Source: Candidatus Poribacteria bacterium (GTDB taxonomy: Bacteria; Poribacteria; WGA-4E; PCPOR2b). From it: a stretch of 64,000 nt of DNA. The notes beneath the pieces are model-generated. The model was given only the letters and a program-made list of their open reading frames with translations, was not told where the DNA came from and searched no databases. The translations under genes were made by a program, and so were the position numbers. Positions 1-9,902 of this stretch are shown here, one piece after another (the first letter of the stretch is position 1; every line of letters starts with the position of its first letter). The DNA is taken from assembly GCA_965116925.1 (NCBI GenBank), contig OZ220744.1, positions 3,936,001 through 4,000,000 of the forward strand. Reading direction: 5' to 3'.

Positions 1-50
1 AGAAATCTGCCGGAAAACGACTAACTTTCTTGAAAAAAGGAGAGTAACAG

Positions 51-659
51 ATGAGATTGGAGTTGTACACCGCCGGCGTTTCTCAAGCGAGTTTCTTGGA
101 TTGGAAGACGCGACTCTTGGAAGACGCACAAGCGGCAGGGTTGGAGGTGGCACACTCCTCAATCCAAGAGACACCAGAAATTCTTCGAGAAAGGCTGCCA
201 GTCGTTTTGGATGAACTTTGTTCAATCCCTGAGCAGCGGGTCCAATTTCATTCGGCAGACGAAAAGCAGTTGTGCACTTTCGCTTATACAAATTACCAGT
301 CCCGTATGAATAGAGACTGGAACGCCTCCCTCTATTTCCCTTCAAAGGAGGCAATTTTCCTTCCCTTCGATGAAAAATTAGTTTCAAGACGGGTTGCGCA
401 CCTCTACTATCAGGAGGGAACATCGGACAAGGTCTATCATCTTTACCTTGCCCAATCGTTGACGGACAATGGGTACTCTGTCATTAGCCGCTACGGTCGT
501 CGTGATGGAGGTCTTCAGCAAACGGAGAAGGTGTTTGACTCCCACCTTGAGGCAGCTGAAAAGGAGTGGGGGCGACTTCACCACGACAAGCTTCAGAAAG
601 GGTATCAGGTCGGACACCCAACCCCGCCTCAACAACTCAAATTGGCTTTGTCTTTCTAA
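51..659 (+). CDS. WGR domain-containing protein
   Basis: C-terminal YYQEGTSDKVY...YGRRDG...KLQKGY matches the WGR pattern; RBS AAGGAGAG upstream. Confidence 0.7.
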   Translation: MRLELYTAGVSQASFLDWKTRLLEDAQAAGLEVAHSSIQETPEILRERLPVVLDELCSIPEQRVQFHSADEKQLCTFAYTNYQSRMNRDWNASLYFPSKEAIFLPFDEKLVSRRVAHLYYQEGTSDKVYHLYLAQSLTDNGYSVISRYGRRDGGLQQTEKVFDSHLEAAEKEWGRLHHDKLQKGYQVGHPTPPQQLKLALSF

Positions 660-661
660 TT

Positions 662-2362
662 ATGAAATACAGCGAATTTTTCCACACAATTCAGGGCGAA
701 GGCAAACTGGTTGGTGTACCCTCTGTTTTCTTTCGGACTAGCTACTGCAATCTGAGATGCGTGTGGTGTTCTGCGATAGGTACGCGTGTTTTAACTTCAG
801 ATCTCAGATGGATTCCCATTGAAAATCTCAGTCCCGGTGATTGGGTAGTTGGTGCATTGCGCCAAGATAAAGGAGGGCACCTGCAATTACAACCAACCCA
901 AGTTGTTGAAACCGCAGTCCGTCGAGCCCCCATGGTCCGTTTCTTAACGGAAGATGGGATACAATTCGCCTGTTCATCGGATCATCTATTATATCAGGTA
1001 ACAACTCGAACTCAAGATAGTTCTAAGATTCATGTTGGCTGGAGAAAGGCACGAAACCTTAGCATTGGCAGAGCGGTTCGCTGTGTACTCCCACCCGAAG
1101 ATCTACAAGTGGACATGGAAGCGTATGAAAGAGGTTGGCTATGTGGTATGGCGGAAGGTGATGGCTGTTTTTGGAGTTTACGAAAAGGGAATAAAAGTTA
1201 TCGCCGATTCCGACTCGCCTTATCGAACTTTTCACTATTGGAACAATTCCAGCAGTTTGCCAAACGTGCGGGTTATCGGTTACATTTTGCCCCACATCAG
1301 CCTAAGGCGGTGCAAGATGCCCCGCCTACAGTATTCAAAAGTTATAGTGTAATGGAGGCGTTGTGGCTTACAGAATCCCAGAGGGCGGAATCCTTTGAGC
1401 GGTGGTTGAAAGCGTACCCACAAGACCAAAGTTATTGTCGTGGTTGGTTGGCAGGTTTTTTTGATGCAGAAGGGAGTTATACTGGTACAATCCGCTTTGC
1501 TCAGAAGGAGGGAATATTCAAACAAAAGGCGATTGACTTTGCAGCCAAACTCGGATTTTGTCCAACGAACGAATCCCACGGAGTTAGATTGGGTGGAACA
1601 ACGTCTGAAATTTTAAGATTCTATTCGTTATGTCAACCGCAATCTCTCAATAAATGGAATTTCTGGGGCATTTCTAGCCAAGCACACCAGCATATTGTCA
1701 ATGTTGAACATGCTGACACTGAAGAGGTGATTTCACTCAAGACTGCTTCTGGCACTTATGTTAGCGAAGGGTTACTCTCTCACAATTGCGATACCCCTTT
1801 TACCTCTTGGAATCCAGAGAATAAAGACATCACCCTTACAGAAGCTGTGGATGCGATTGCTCAATATGATTGTAAGCATGTTGTCATCACAGGGGGCGAA
1901 CCGTTCATCCAAGTTAAGGAGTTGACCCAGCTCTGCCAAGAACTTGAGGGACGTGGTCATCACATTACAATCGAAACGAATGCGACCATTTTTGCACCTG
2001 TGGCGGCGCACCTTATCTCCATGAGTCCCAAACTGCGAAACTCCAATCCGCCTGATGATAATCGTTACTTTGGTAGACATGAGCGTGGACGCATCCGCCT
2101 TGATGTGATTCGGCAATTCCTTGATCGGTACGAGTGCCAAGTCAAATTTGTTGTTGATCAACCGGCGGATCTTGAAGAGATCCAGACACTACAAGCAGAA
2201 ATTCCGATCCCCGCAGAAACAATTGTGCTGATGCCTCAAGGCATAACCCCCGAAGAGTTGGCACCTAAACAGGAGTGGCTTGTGGACATCTGTAAGGAAC
2301 ACGGTTATCGCTATTCGCCGCGGGTTCACGTTGATATTTGGGGAGATAAACGGGGGGTGTGA
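662..2362 (+). CDS. queE: 7-carboxy-7-deazaguanine synthase (radical SAM), intein-containing
   Basis: EFFHTIQGEG, FRTSYCNLRCVW/CDT, VITGGEP, IETN, SPKL, SPRVH, WGDKRGV; ATG at 662 follows the upstream stop. Confidence 0.93.
   Translation: MKYSEFFHTIQGEGKLVGVPSVFFRTSYCNLRCVWCSAIGTRVLTSDLRWIPIENLSPGDWVVGALRQDKGGHLQLQPTQVVETAVRRAPMVRFLTEDGIQFACSSDHLLYQVTTRTQDSSKIHVGWRKARNLSIGRAVRCVLPPEDLQVDMEAYERGWLCGMAEGDGCFWSLRKGNKSYRRFRLALSNFSLLEQFQQFAKRAGYRLHFAPHQPKAVQDAPPTVFKSYSVMEALWLTESQRAESFERWLKAYPQDQSYCRGWLAGFFDAEGSYTGTIRFAQKEGIFKQKAIDFAAKLGFCPTNESHGVRLGGTTSEILRFYSLCQPQSLNKWNFWGISSQAHQHIVNVEHADTEEVISLKTASGTYVSEGLLSHNCDTPFTSWNPENKDITLTEAVDAIAQYDCKHVVITGGEPFIQVKELTQLCQELEGRGHHITIETNATIFAPVAAHLISMSPKLRNSNPPDDNRYFGRHERGRIRLDVIRQFLDRYECQVKFVVDQPADLEEIQTLQAEIPIPAETIVLMPQGITPEELAPKQEWLVDICKEHGYRYSPRVHVDIWGDKRGV
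767..1786 (+). mobile_element. Intein (340 aa) with LAGLIDADG homing endonuclease
   Basis: Starts CSAIGTRVL, block B CSSDH, LAGLIDADG motifs WLCGMAEGDG and WLAGFFDAEG, ends LLSHN before extein Cys; removal restores CNLRCVWCDT. Confidence 0.95.
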
Positions 2363-2402
2363 GACTATCTGATTTGCCCGGCGGACCTCCGTAGTATCAG
2401 TC

Positions 2403-2858
2403 GTGGAGAATGGGCAAACGATCATGAGTAAATTTGATCTGAACAATTTGAATATGCTGTATTTGCAACAATTGCCCGACCATCTCATCACGAAGGCGAT
2501 CAAAGCTAGCTTCATTGACGAACCAATTTGGCAGATGAGAGATGCAGTAGAGGTAATTGAGACGATTGAACAGAGTCAATTTGCCATTACGAACGTATAT
2601 GTTTACGCGCTCAAGGACGGTGTGCCAATAGTGCCCCCGGAGGCAGTATATGATTTTGAAATCGAAGAATTTCCGCTTAATTCTCCTTGGCGTCAGATAG
2701 TAAAAAAATCATCGGATATGACGCTGGATTTCGTGAAGAAATTTCTATTTTTGGCATCCGGTTCGCTCCACGGTCAAGAAGCTGCGTTCTCTTTTTGGGC
2801 TTTCAGTGAAAAAGTGTATCGCCGATTTCAGAAGTATAGCGATAAGGTAGAAGCATAA
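2403..2858 (+). CDS. Hypothetical protein, weakly Imm40 immunity-like
   Basis: Fills the gap between queE and the next gene; start could be ATG 2424. Confidence 0.55.
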   Translation: MENGQTIMSKFDLNNLNMLYLQQLPDHLITKAIKASFIDEPIWQMRDAVEVIETIEQSQFAITNVYVYALKDGVPIVPPEAVYDFEIEEFPLNSPWRQIVKKSSDMTLDFVKKFLFLASGSLHGQEAAFSFWAFSEKVYRRFQKYSDKVEA

Positions 2859-2881
2859 GAAAAATATGAGGAGTAGTCTAA

Positions 2882-3997
2882 ATGAAATATGACATATTGC
2901 TCAAAGGTGGAACCGTTATTGACCCCGCGCAGAAATTGCATGACCGGCGCGACGTTGCAGTTATTGATGGAAAGATTGCAGCAATCGAGGATGATATTTC
3001 TGCAAGGGAGGCGACGCAAACGGTTTTCGTTGACGGGAAGTATGTAACTCCCGGCTTAGTAGACATCCACGCCCACGTTTACGCAGGTGTCACGACATGG
3101 GGAGTTAAAGCGGATCCGGTCTGCACAACGACTGGCGTCACGACAATAGTTGATGCTGGTAGTCCAGGTTGGGCGACATTCCCCGGTTTTCGAGAGTATA
3201 TTGCACAGCCGGCGCAAACGCACATCTTAACCTATGTCCATATCTCTGGCATCGGTCTCGTTTATGGACCTGTAGGTGAAATGCACGAGCTTGAGTACGC
3301 CAACCCTGAGAAGGTCGCAGACACGCTCATGCAGAATCGGGACATTACTGTCGGCGTTAAAGTGCGTCAGGGTAAATCCCAAGTTGGTGATAATGGTGTT
3401 GAACCGTTGAAGCTGGCAATTGCAGCCGCTGAAATTGCCGATACATCCGTCATGGTGCACATCGGGACTGGTGTTCCGCTCCCCGATGTTCTTAAACTGA
3501 TGCGCCCCGGCGATGTCGTCACCCACTGCTTTCAAGGAAATGGCGACTGTATCGTTGATGATAAAGGACGGGTTATCCCGGATGCGTGGGCAGCCCGCGA
3601 AGACGGAATTATCTTCGATGTCGGACATGGCGGCGGGAGTTTTAATTTTGAAGTCGCTCAACGAGCGATGGAGCAGGGATTTATCTCGGATGTCATCAGT
3701 ACAGATCTGCACTCCGGCAATATCAACGGTCCTGTCTACGATCTTCCGACGACGTTATCAAAATTCTTGAGTCTTGGGCTTTCGCTTGAGGAGGTCATTG
3801 AGAAATCAACGATTGCTGCGGCAAGAGCAATTGGGCGCGAAGATGATCTGGGTCATCTCAAGATCGGGGCGGTCGCCGATGTCGCTGTTTTTGATGTCAT
3901 CGAAGGCGAATTCGAGCTTTTCGATACACACGGCACCATGGTTATTGCCAACCGGAAGTTGCAAGCAGATTTAACAATCCGCGAGGGGAAACTGTGA
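2882..3997 (+). CDS. Amidohydrolase/deacetylase family metallohydrolase (dihydroorotase-like)
   Basis: PGLVDIHAH, TGVTTIVDAGS, GVKVR, MVH, THCF, DVGHG, ISTDLH. Confidence 0.9.
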   Translation: MKYDILLKGGTVIDPAQKLHDRRDVAVIDGKIAAIEDDISAREATQTVFVDGKYVTPGLVDIHAHVYAGVTTWGVKADPVCTTTGVTTIVDAGSPGWATFPGFREYIAQPAQTHILTYVHISGIGLVYGPVGEMHELEYANPEKVADTLMQNRDITVGVKVRQGKSQVGDNGVEPLKLAIAAAEIADTSVMVHIGTGVPLPDVLKLMRPGDVVTHCFQGNGDCIVDDKGRVIPDAWAAREDGIIFDVGHGGGSFNFEVAQRAMEQGFISDVISTDLHSGNINGPVYDLPTTLSKFLSLGLSLEEVIEKSTIAAARAIGREDDLGHLKIGAVADVAVFDVIEGEFELFDTHGTMVIANRKLQADLTIREGKL

Positions 3998-4000
3998 TAT

Positions 4001-4414
4001 ATGGCGCAGAGGAAGGGCTGTTATCGGCGTGTGACGACGACCGGGCTTGTTGTGGTGATAATTCTTGCCGCGGTCGGGGCTTTGCTTTATCAAAGGTTAG
4101 GTGGACCTGAAGGGGCCCGATATTGGATGGCGGAGCGTGCCTTGAATGCCGTCGAAGCACACCTATTGACGAAAGCCCCAGATGGCAACTGGCTGCGGAA
4201 ACCGGATGGTGTATCTGCCGAAGAAATCCGTGCTCAGTTTGAGCGCATCAGAGAAGCGACCGCAGATCGTCAGACGGATCTGATAAGACTAAATAGGATT
4301 CTCAGAGAGTATCAATCCAAATTTCAGAACACACAACCAGCAACAAGTGAAGTCCTCCAATTTCTGAACGTTATTGAAGGAACGATAGTATCAAAAGCAA
4401 GCGTGGGAGGCTAA
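4001..4414 (+). CDS. Hypothetical membrane-anchored protein
   Basis: Single N-terminal hydrophobic helix; operonic spacing. Confidence 0.65.
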   Translation: MAQRKGCYRRVTTTGLVVVIILAAVGALLYQRLGGPEGARYWMAERALNAVEAHLLTKAPDGNWLRKPDGVSAEEIRAQFERIREATADRQTDLIRLNRILREYQSKFQNTQPATSEVLQFLNVIEGTIVSKASVGG

Positions 4415-4473
4415 CCAGATAACATAGGTAGAGCCTAGAATAATATTGAGTTGAATATTGAGGAGAACACCCT

Positions 4474-6699
4474 ATGAGTGCAGAGGAGAGACAATCAAAA
4501 GTGAATCGAGTTGGATCTACTGCCCAAAGGCTTGCAGAAAAACCCTACGAAAAGCGTGTATGTCGCATAGAGTGCTATCCAAGTTGTGTGCAACCGGGGG
4601 AGTCTTATGTCGGATTGTCTGTCGAAGAATGGGTGAACTTCATCGATGAAGTCGGTGTGGAGGTGCAGGTAGTCGATGGTGAGATTAACAGAGGTACTCC
4701 CCGATTTCGCTCAAAGATGATTCCGTCGTATCCCAATGTTGACAACGACCGCCTGCCGAGATTCTTGGAACTGGCGCACCAACGGGGCATCCTCATTCTC
4801 AGCTACTATCCCGTTATATATACCAAACCGCTCAAACCGCTGCATCCGGAATGGTTAATGCAGTTTCTGGATGATGGTAGATGTCGTTCCGAGCATTCCG
4901 AAAAATCGGAACCTGAAATCGAAAATCTGGGCTGGTTCTGTTTTAACTCACCCTATCGGGACTGGTTACCGGAATATCTCATCGAATGGCTGGATAACTT
5001 TGACCTCGACGGCTTCTATTTCGATGACACCAACTACGGATCTCACGAAGAGCGTCCTTTTTACCCCTCCTGCTGCTGCGAATACTGCGAAAAACTGTTT
5101 CGGGAAGAAACAGGGTTGGAAATTCCCCGAAAGGTTGACTTTGATTCTCTGGACTTCCGCCACTTTGTCAACTGGCGGTACGAGAAGATGAAGGACTTTA
5201 TGCACCATCTCTTCCGGCGGATTAGGGCAAAGTATCCGGATGTGATTCTCGACATGAATTCATACATTCGACCAACCGCCGATTGGTCAGACGGACACCC
5301 GCTCAACTCATTCCATCTGGAAGATGTTGGTGGCTATTTTTTCGTAGAGACATTTCGGTCCCTACGAGAACCCAACTTTACAGCAAAGGTGCTGCGGTCA
5401 ACCGGTACGCCCTTTGGTCTTTTCCGGAACGTCACTCAATCACTACAGGATTTTGGCGGTGCACCTTACCCTGACATATTTTCCCCTGCGATCGCTGGCC
5501 TTGCCGCCATCGCTAACGGCGGAGCCCCGTGCGGCAATCCTTTCGATGGACCGACAATTCTCCATAAGGATACAGTTAAGTCTGTCTTCAGCGAATTTAA
5601 GAAACGGGTCGATTACATCAAAGGCGACACAGTGAAATACGTCGCCCTCCACTACTCACAGCAGAACCGGGACTTTCGTCCGTCGGAGATTCCCAAAAAT
5701 ACGGGGCAGACCTATTTCCATGAGATTGGGCAGAAGGACGCTTACGGTGCCTACGAAATATTGAATCGGTCACATCTGTTGTTCGACTTCGTTTTGGACG
5801 AGCGATTGAACTATGAGACGTTGTCACAATACCGTTTGCTTTTTCTCTCAAACAGCGCGTGTTTGTCCGACGAACAGTGCGAGGCTATCAGAAGATTTGT
5901 CCATGAAGGTGGCACGCTCATCGCCACCTATGAGACATCGCTGCTCGACGAACTTGGCCGTGAGCGGGGCAAATTTGCCCTCTCCGATGTATTAGGCGTG
6001 GAGTACCAAGGACTGCGTGGAGGCACAAATGATCACGGTATCATATACGTCCCGCAAGATGCAGAATTGTCGCGCAAATTCGGCTATGTCATTTGCTTTT
6101 ATGGTCAAGAGTCTTCGGTGTCCGTTCTGCCGGATGCCGACGTTCATGTGCTTTGTACGCGCAGTTGTCTGGAAGGGGAGCGTCTACTGAAGGATTTTGA
6201 CCCACGGCTGGACTACGATTCGCCCGAACCTGCTATCACAATGAACCGTTATGGGAAAGGCAAAGCGATTTATATCTGTGGTGATGTGGGTGGAGCATAT
6301 ATGAACAATCCGTACCCGCCACTGAAACAGCTCATCATCGACTTGGTGAAGCGAACACCTCCACCTATTGAGTTTGAGATGCCGGAGGCTATTGAGGTGA
6401 CCGCTGCCTACCGAGGTGCGAATGAGTTGATGATTCATCTGCTCAACAATCCCACCCCACTGCTGCCGTGGCGCATTGCCAATCGTGAGAAACACGATGC
6501 GGAGATGACCACTTTTTTGTCGCTCCGTGAGGTGAACCCCATCCACAACATTCGGGTTCGGTTTAATGACTTCGCGGTGAAATCGGCACGATTGCCGCTA
6601 CAGGAGACAAATCTAGAGGTGTCAGGAAACGCCGCTGCAACGGTTGTTGTGCCGGCAGTAAGTCTCCACGAGGTGCTTCTTGTTAACTATCGGGATTAA
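4474..6699 (+). CDS. Putative glycoside hydrolase (GHL6/GH42-like) with beta-galactosidase trimerisation domain
   Basis: CFNSPYR, LDGFYFD, CCCEYC, LSNSACLSD...FVHEGGTLIATYETSL.DE.G. Confidence 0.8.
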   Translation: MSAEERQSKVNRVGSTAQRLAEKPYEKRVCRIECYPSCVQPGESYVGLSVEEWVNFIDEVGVEVQVVDGEINRGTPRFRSKMIPSYPNVDNDRLPRFLELAHQRGILILSYYPVIYTKPLKPLHPEWLMQFLDDGRCRSEHSEKSEPEIENLGWFCFNSPYRDWLPEYLIEWLDNFDLDGFYFDDTNYGSHEERPFYPSCCCEYCEKLFREETGLEIPRKVDFDSLDFRHFVNWRYEKMKDFMHHLFRRIRAKYPDVILDMNSYIRPTADWSDGHPLNSFHLEDVGGYFFVETFRSLREPNFTAKVLRSTGTPFGLFRNVTQSLQDFGGAPYPDIFSPAIAGLAAIANGGAPCGNPFDGPTILHKDTVKSVFSEFKKRVDYIKGDTVKYVALHYSQQNRDFRPSEIPKNTGQTYFHEIGQKDAYGAYEILNRSHLLFDFVLDERLNYETLSQYRLLFLSNSACLSDEQCEAIRRFVHEGGTLIATYETSLLDELGRERGKFALSDVLGVEYQGLRGGTNDHGIIYVPQDAELSRKFGYVICFYGQESSVSVLPDADVHVLCTRSCLEGERLLKDFDPRLDYDSPEPAITMNRYGKGKAIYICGDVGGAYMNNPYPPLKQLIIDLVKRTPPPIEFEMPEAIEVTAAYRGANELMIHLLNNPTPLLPWRIANREKHDAEMTTFLSLREVNPIHNIRVRFNDFAVKSARLPLQETNLEVSGNAAATVVVPAVSLHEVLLVNYRD

Positions 6700-6713
6700 A
6701 TAGGAGATCTTAA

Positions 6714-7802
6714 ATGCAATTTTCACAAAATATATACTATCCGGAACGAGGAGACGATTGGGAGCGCAGAAAGCCTGAAGATGTGGGTATTGATCCTGAC
6801 TCTCTCAATGAGGCAATCCATTATGCCCAGACGGTCGAAACCGCATGGCCTCGTAAAATGCGGTTGCACTATACCGAGATGGAAAGGGAAGAATCCCACC
6901 CTGAGGTCATCGGATCGATAAAAGACCGGGCTGCAACCAACGGGCTCATCTTACGGCACGGTTACATCATCGCCGAGTGGGGTGAGACGGAGCGCGTCGA
7001 TATGACGTTTAGTATTACCAAGAGCTACCTGTCCACGATGGCAGGATTGGCGCTAGACCGTGGATTAATTCAAAACGTACATCAACCTGTTCGATACTAT
7101 GTAAACGACACTGGATTCGATTCACCGCACAACGCCCAAATTACTTGGCATCACTTGCTGCAGCAAACGAGTGAGTGGAAGGGGACGCTTTGGGACAAAC
7201 CCGACTATGCTGACAGTCAGGGAGAGCGGGGTCCTGATAATGCGCTTCCAGCCCCTGGCAGCACCTTTGCTTACAATGATGTCCGTGTTAATCGACTGGC
7301 ACTCTCTCTGCTGCGTATCTGGCGCAAACCGTTGCCGCAGCTGCTAAAAGCTAACGTGATGGACCCTATCGGTGCTTCCAACAGTTGGCGATGGCACGGT
7401 TATCGAAATTCGTGGCTGACAATTGATGGACGGAAGATGCAGTCGGTCAGTGGGGGAGGTCATTGGGGCGGTGGGCTGTGGATTAGTACTCGGGACCATG
7501 CGCGGTTCGGCTATCTATTTCTGCGACGTGGTCGATGGGGCGAACGGCAGCTACTTTCGGAGCGGTGGATAGATTTAGCGACCACGCCGTGTCCGGTTGA
7601 ACCGGATTATGGCTATATGTGGTGGCTCAATACGGATAGGCAGCTATTCCCAAGCGCACCAGAAACGAGCTTCTGTGCTCTGGGTGCTGGGCGGAACATG
7701 ATTTGGGTTGAACCGGAAAACGATCTGGTGGTCGTAGTGCGGTGGATAGAGTCAGATTGTATCGACCAATTGATGAAACACGTGCTAGCAGCAATTCGCT
7801 AA
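6714..7802 (+). CDS. Serine hydrolase, beta-lactamase class C family
   Basis: FSITKS (SxxK), HLLQQTS, FAYND, YGYMWW. Confidence 0.88.
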   Translation: MQFSQNIYYPERGDDWERRKPEDVGIDPDSLNEAIHYAQTVETAWPRKMRLHYTEMEREESHPEVIGSIKDRAATNGLILRHGYIIAEWGETERVDMTFSITKSYLSTMAGLALDRGLIQNVHQPVRYYVNDTGFDSPHNAQITWHHLLQQTSEWKGTLWDKPDYADSQGERGPDNALPAPGSTFAYNDVRVNRLALSLLRIWRKPLPQLLKANVMDPIGASNSWRWHGYRNSWLTIDGRKMQSVSGGGHWGGGLWISTRDHARFGYLFLRRGRWGERQLLSERWIDLATTPCPVEPDYGYMWWLNTDRQLFPSAPETSFCALGAGRNMIWVEPENDLVVVVRWIESDCIDQLMKHVLAAIR

Positions 7803-7856
7803 ACAATCAAGTACGGCGAGGTAATCCAGTCCTGATGGATTGAGAGGAGAAATGCG

Positions 7857-8480
7857 ATGCCACACGAATGGGATTCGCCCGAATATGTTCGTCAGTGGAT
7901 AGAAGATGGCGACAAAACAGACCCGGAACGGGCGGAACAGATTACCGCGCTCGTGGGTTTGATTCGATGCAGCGTTGAAGAACCTATTGAGGTGTTAGAT
8001 CTCGGTGCGGGATACGGGATTGTAACACGCGAGCTTCTGACTGCTTATCCAAACGCACAGGTGGTGTGCGTCGATGGGTCAGCAGAAATGCTAAAGCATG
8101 GGCAAGCGCGGCTAGCAGAGTGGCAAGATCAACTGTCGTTCATTGTCACGAACTTTGATTCTCCGAATTGGTTGGCAACCTTGCCTACAGATCGAGAATT
8201 TGATGCCGTAGTTTCGTCGCGAGCCATCCACCATGTGGTTGATGACCGTAAACAGGTGCTATACGAAGAAATCTTTCAACTGCTGAAACCGGGCGGTTGC
8301 TTTGCCAACCACGATTTGGTCCGAAAGCCTGATGATCCTATACGCGACAACCACGATCCCTTTGGAACGGTTGAAGATCAGGTTGTTTGGCTTAAAAACG
8401 TTGGGTTTGTTGATGTGGAATGCTTTTGGCAGACGGAGGGCCGTGCCCTGTTTGGGGGATATAAATTGGGTCTTGCGTAA
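7857..8480 (+). CDS. Class I SAM-dependent methyltransferase
   Basis: VLDLGAGYG, VDGSAEML, FDAVVS, LKPGG. Confidence 0.9.
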   Translation: MPHEWDSPEYVRQWIEDGDKTDPERAEQITALVGLIRCSVEEPIEVLDLGAGYGIVTRELLTAYPNAQVVCVDGSAEMLKHGQARLAEWQDQLSFIVTNFDSPNWLATLPTDREFDAVVSSRAIHHVVDDRKQVLYEEIFQLLKPGGCFANHDLVRKPDDPIRDNHDPFGTVEDQVVWLKNVGFVDVECFWQTEGRALFGGYKLGLA

Positions 8481-8533
8481 TAGGCGGGGTACGCTTTAGA
8501 AAAATTGTATCAGTCTTTAATCGGAGGAATATT

Positions 8534-9010
8534 TTGGCGCAAAAAGTTGAGCTAAACCGTTTTAAGAATTATATGCTGATGGTTCACCGCAGCATTGGTT
8601 CGGATTTATTCCGAAATCTATACGCTTCTGTTGACGGGGAGGAAACAGATATCCTGCGAGATGGAATACTTTCTTGCGCCTATTTCGTTTCATCGGTGCT
8701 TTTCCACTGTAAGTTGATAGATGATCTACACACAACTGTCCGGGGCCTAGAGGCGAATCTCCAGAGGTCGGGTTGGGACAAGATAGAAGAGCCGAAAGTT
8801 GGCAGTGTCCTCGTCTGGGAACCGACAGAATTTCCTGACGGCGGTATTCGTAGACACGCAGGATTTTACATCGGTGACGCCGAAGCAATCAGCAATCGGA
8901 CGGATCAACGCGTCCCCAAGGTTCACAGCATGAATTTTGAAACAGAGGGAAAGTATCGTGCAATTGAATCCATTTATTGGCACAAGAATTTCGATGAAGT
9001 GGATAGCTAA
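8534..9010 (+). CDS. Hypothetical protein, NlpC/P60-like Cys-His fold
   Basis: LSCAYFVSSVL ... GSVLVW ... HAGFYIG; RBS GGAGG before TTG. Confidence 0.6.
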   Translation: MAQKVELNRFKNYMLMVHRSIGSDLFRNLYASVDGEETDILRDGILSCAYFVSSVLFHCKLIDDLHTTVRGLEANLQRSGWDKIEEPKVGSVLVWEPTEFPDGGIRRHAGFYIGDAEAISNRTDQRVPKVHSMNFETEGKYRAIESIYWHKNFDEVDS

Positions 9011-9031
9011 CCGTGCAACGGAGCGAAGCGA

Positions 9032-9823
9032 TTGGAAAACTATAAAAACAAAGTAGTCATCATTACCGGCGCATGCGGTGGCATCGGAGAGGTAATCACG
9101 GAAAAGTTTGCGGCTGCTGGGGCAACGCTTGCTCTTTGCGACATCCGTCAAGATGAACTCTCGGAAATCGCTGAAAAATGCCGCGAATCAGGTGCAACCG
9201 TTCACAGCGAAACTATTGATGTTGCAGATGAAGCCTCGGTACGCAGTTTTTGTGGGACGATCGCCCACAATTCCGGGACGATTGACTGCCTGATCAATAC
9301 CGTCGGCATTGTCGATTGTCCGGGAGATGTCGAAGAACTTTCGCTGTCAATGTGGGATAAGACGCTAGCCGTCAATCTCACCTCCGCTTTTCTAATGGCG
9401 AAGTATTCGGTGCCGCATATTAAAGGACAGGGCGGTGCCATCCTCAACATCGCTTCGGTATCAGGCTTGGCAAATCAGGAAGATGCGATGGTTTATTCAG
9501 TGACCAAAGCCGGACTGCTGTCGCTCACCCGGAGCGAAGCCATAGATTTGGCAAAATACGGCATCCGCGCCAATGCTATCTCGCCTGGATCGGTGGAGAC
9601 ACCGTTATTGGAGGCAGCGGTTGACCAAGCAGCGCAACTGTTTAACCGTACCAAAGACGAACAGTGGGAGGTCTGGCGTTCACAATATCCAACCCAACGC
9701 TTTACATCACCGCACGAAATTGCAGAACTGGCACTGTTTTTGTGCAGCGAGAGAGCAACCAATATCACCGGTGCCAATTTTGTGATTGATGGTGGATTGA
9801 CATCGCTGCTTCCGGAGCGATAG
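9032..9823 (+). CDS. SDR family oxidoreductase
   Basis: ITGACGGIG, YSVTK, IRANAISPG, VIDGG. Confidence 0.93.
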   Translation: MENYKNKVVIITGACGGIGEVITEKFAAAGATLALCDIRQDELSEIAEKCRESGATVHSETIDVADEASVRSFCGTIAHNSGTIDCLINTVGIVDCPGDVEELSLSMWDKTLAVNLTSAFLMAKYSVPHIKGQGGAILNIASVSGLANQEDAMVYSVTKAGLLSLTRSEAIDLAKYGIRANAISPGSVETPLLEAAVDQAAQLFNRTKDEQWEVWRSQYPTQRFTSPHEIAELALFLCSERATNITGANFVIDGGLTSLLPER

Positions 9824-9902
9824 AAATTGTCGCCGGACAAGGAGGCAACGCGTAAAATTTCCAGAAGAACAACGCTTACAGTTCAATCAAAAGGTTGAAG
9901 CA

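Noticed and set aside
566..661. N-terminal extensions in the ORF track (queE, 16289, 21807, 26015, 31231, 32120)
   Set aside because: They overlap upstream genes or repeats; homology and RBS support later starts
3995..4003. TGA in frame with the next ORF (possible readthrough fusion)
   Set aside because: The amidohydrolase domain is complete, no Cys is expected there, I see no SECIS-like stem, and the next gene has its own RBS
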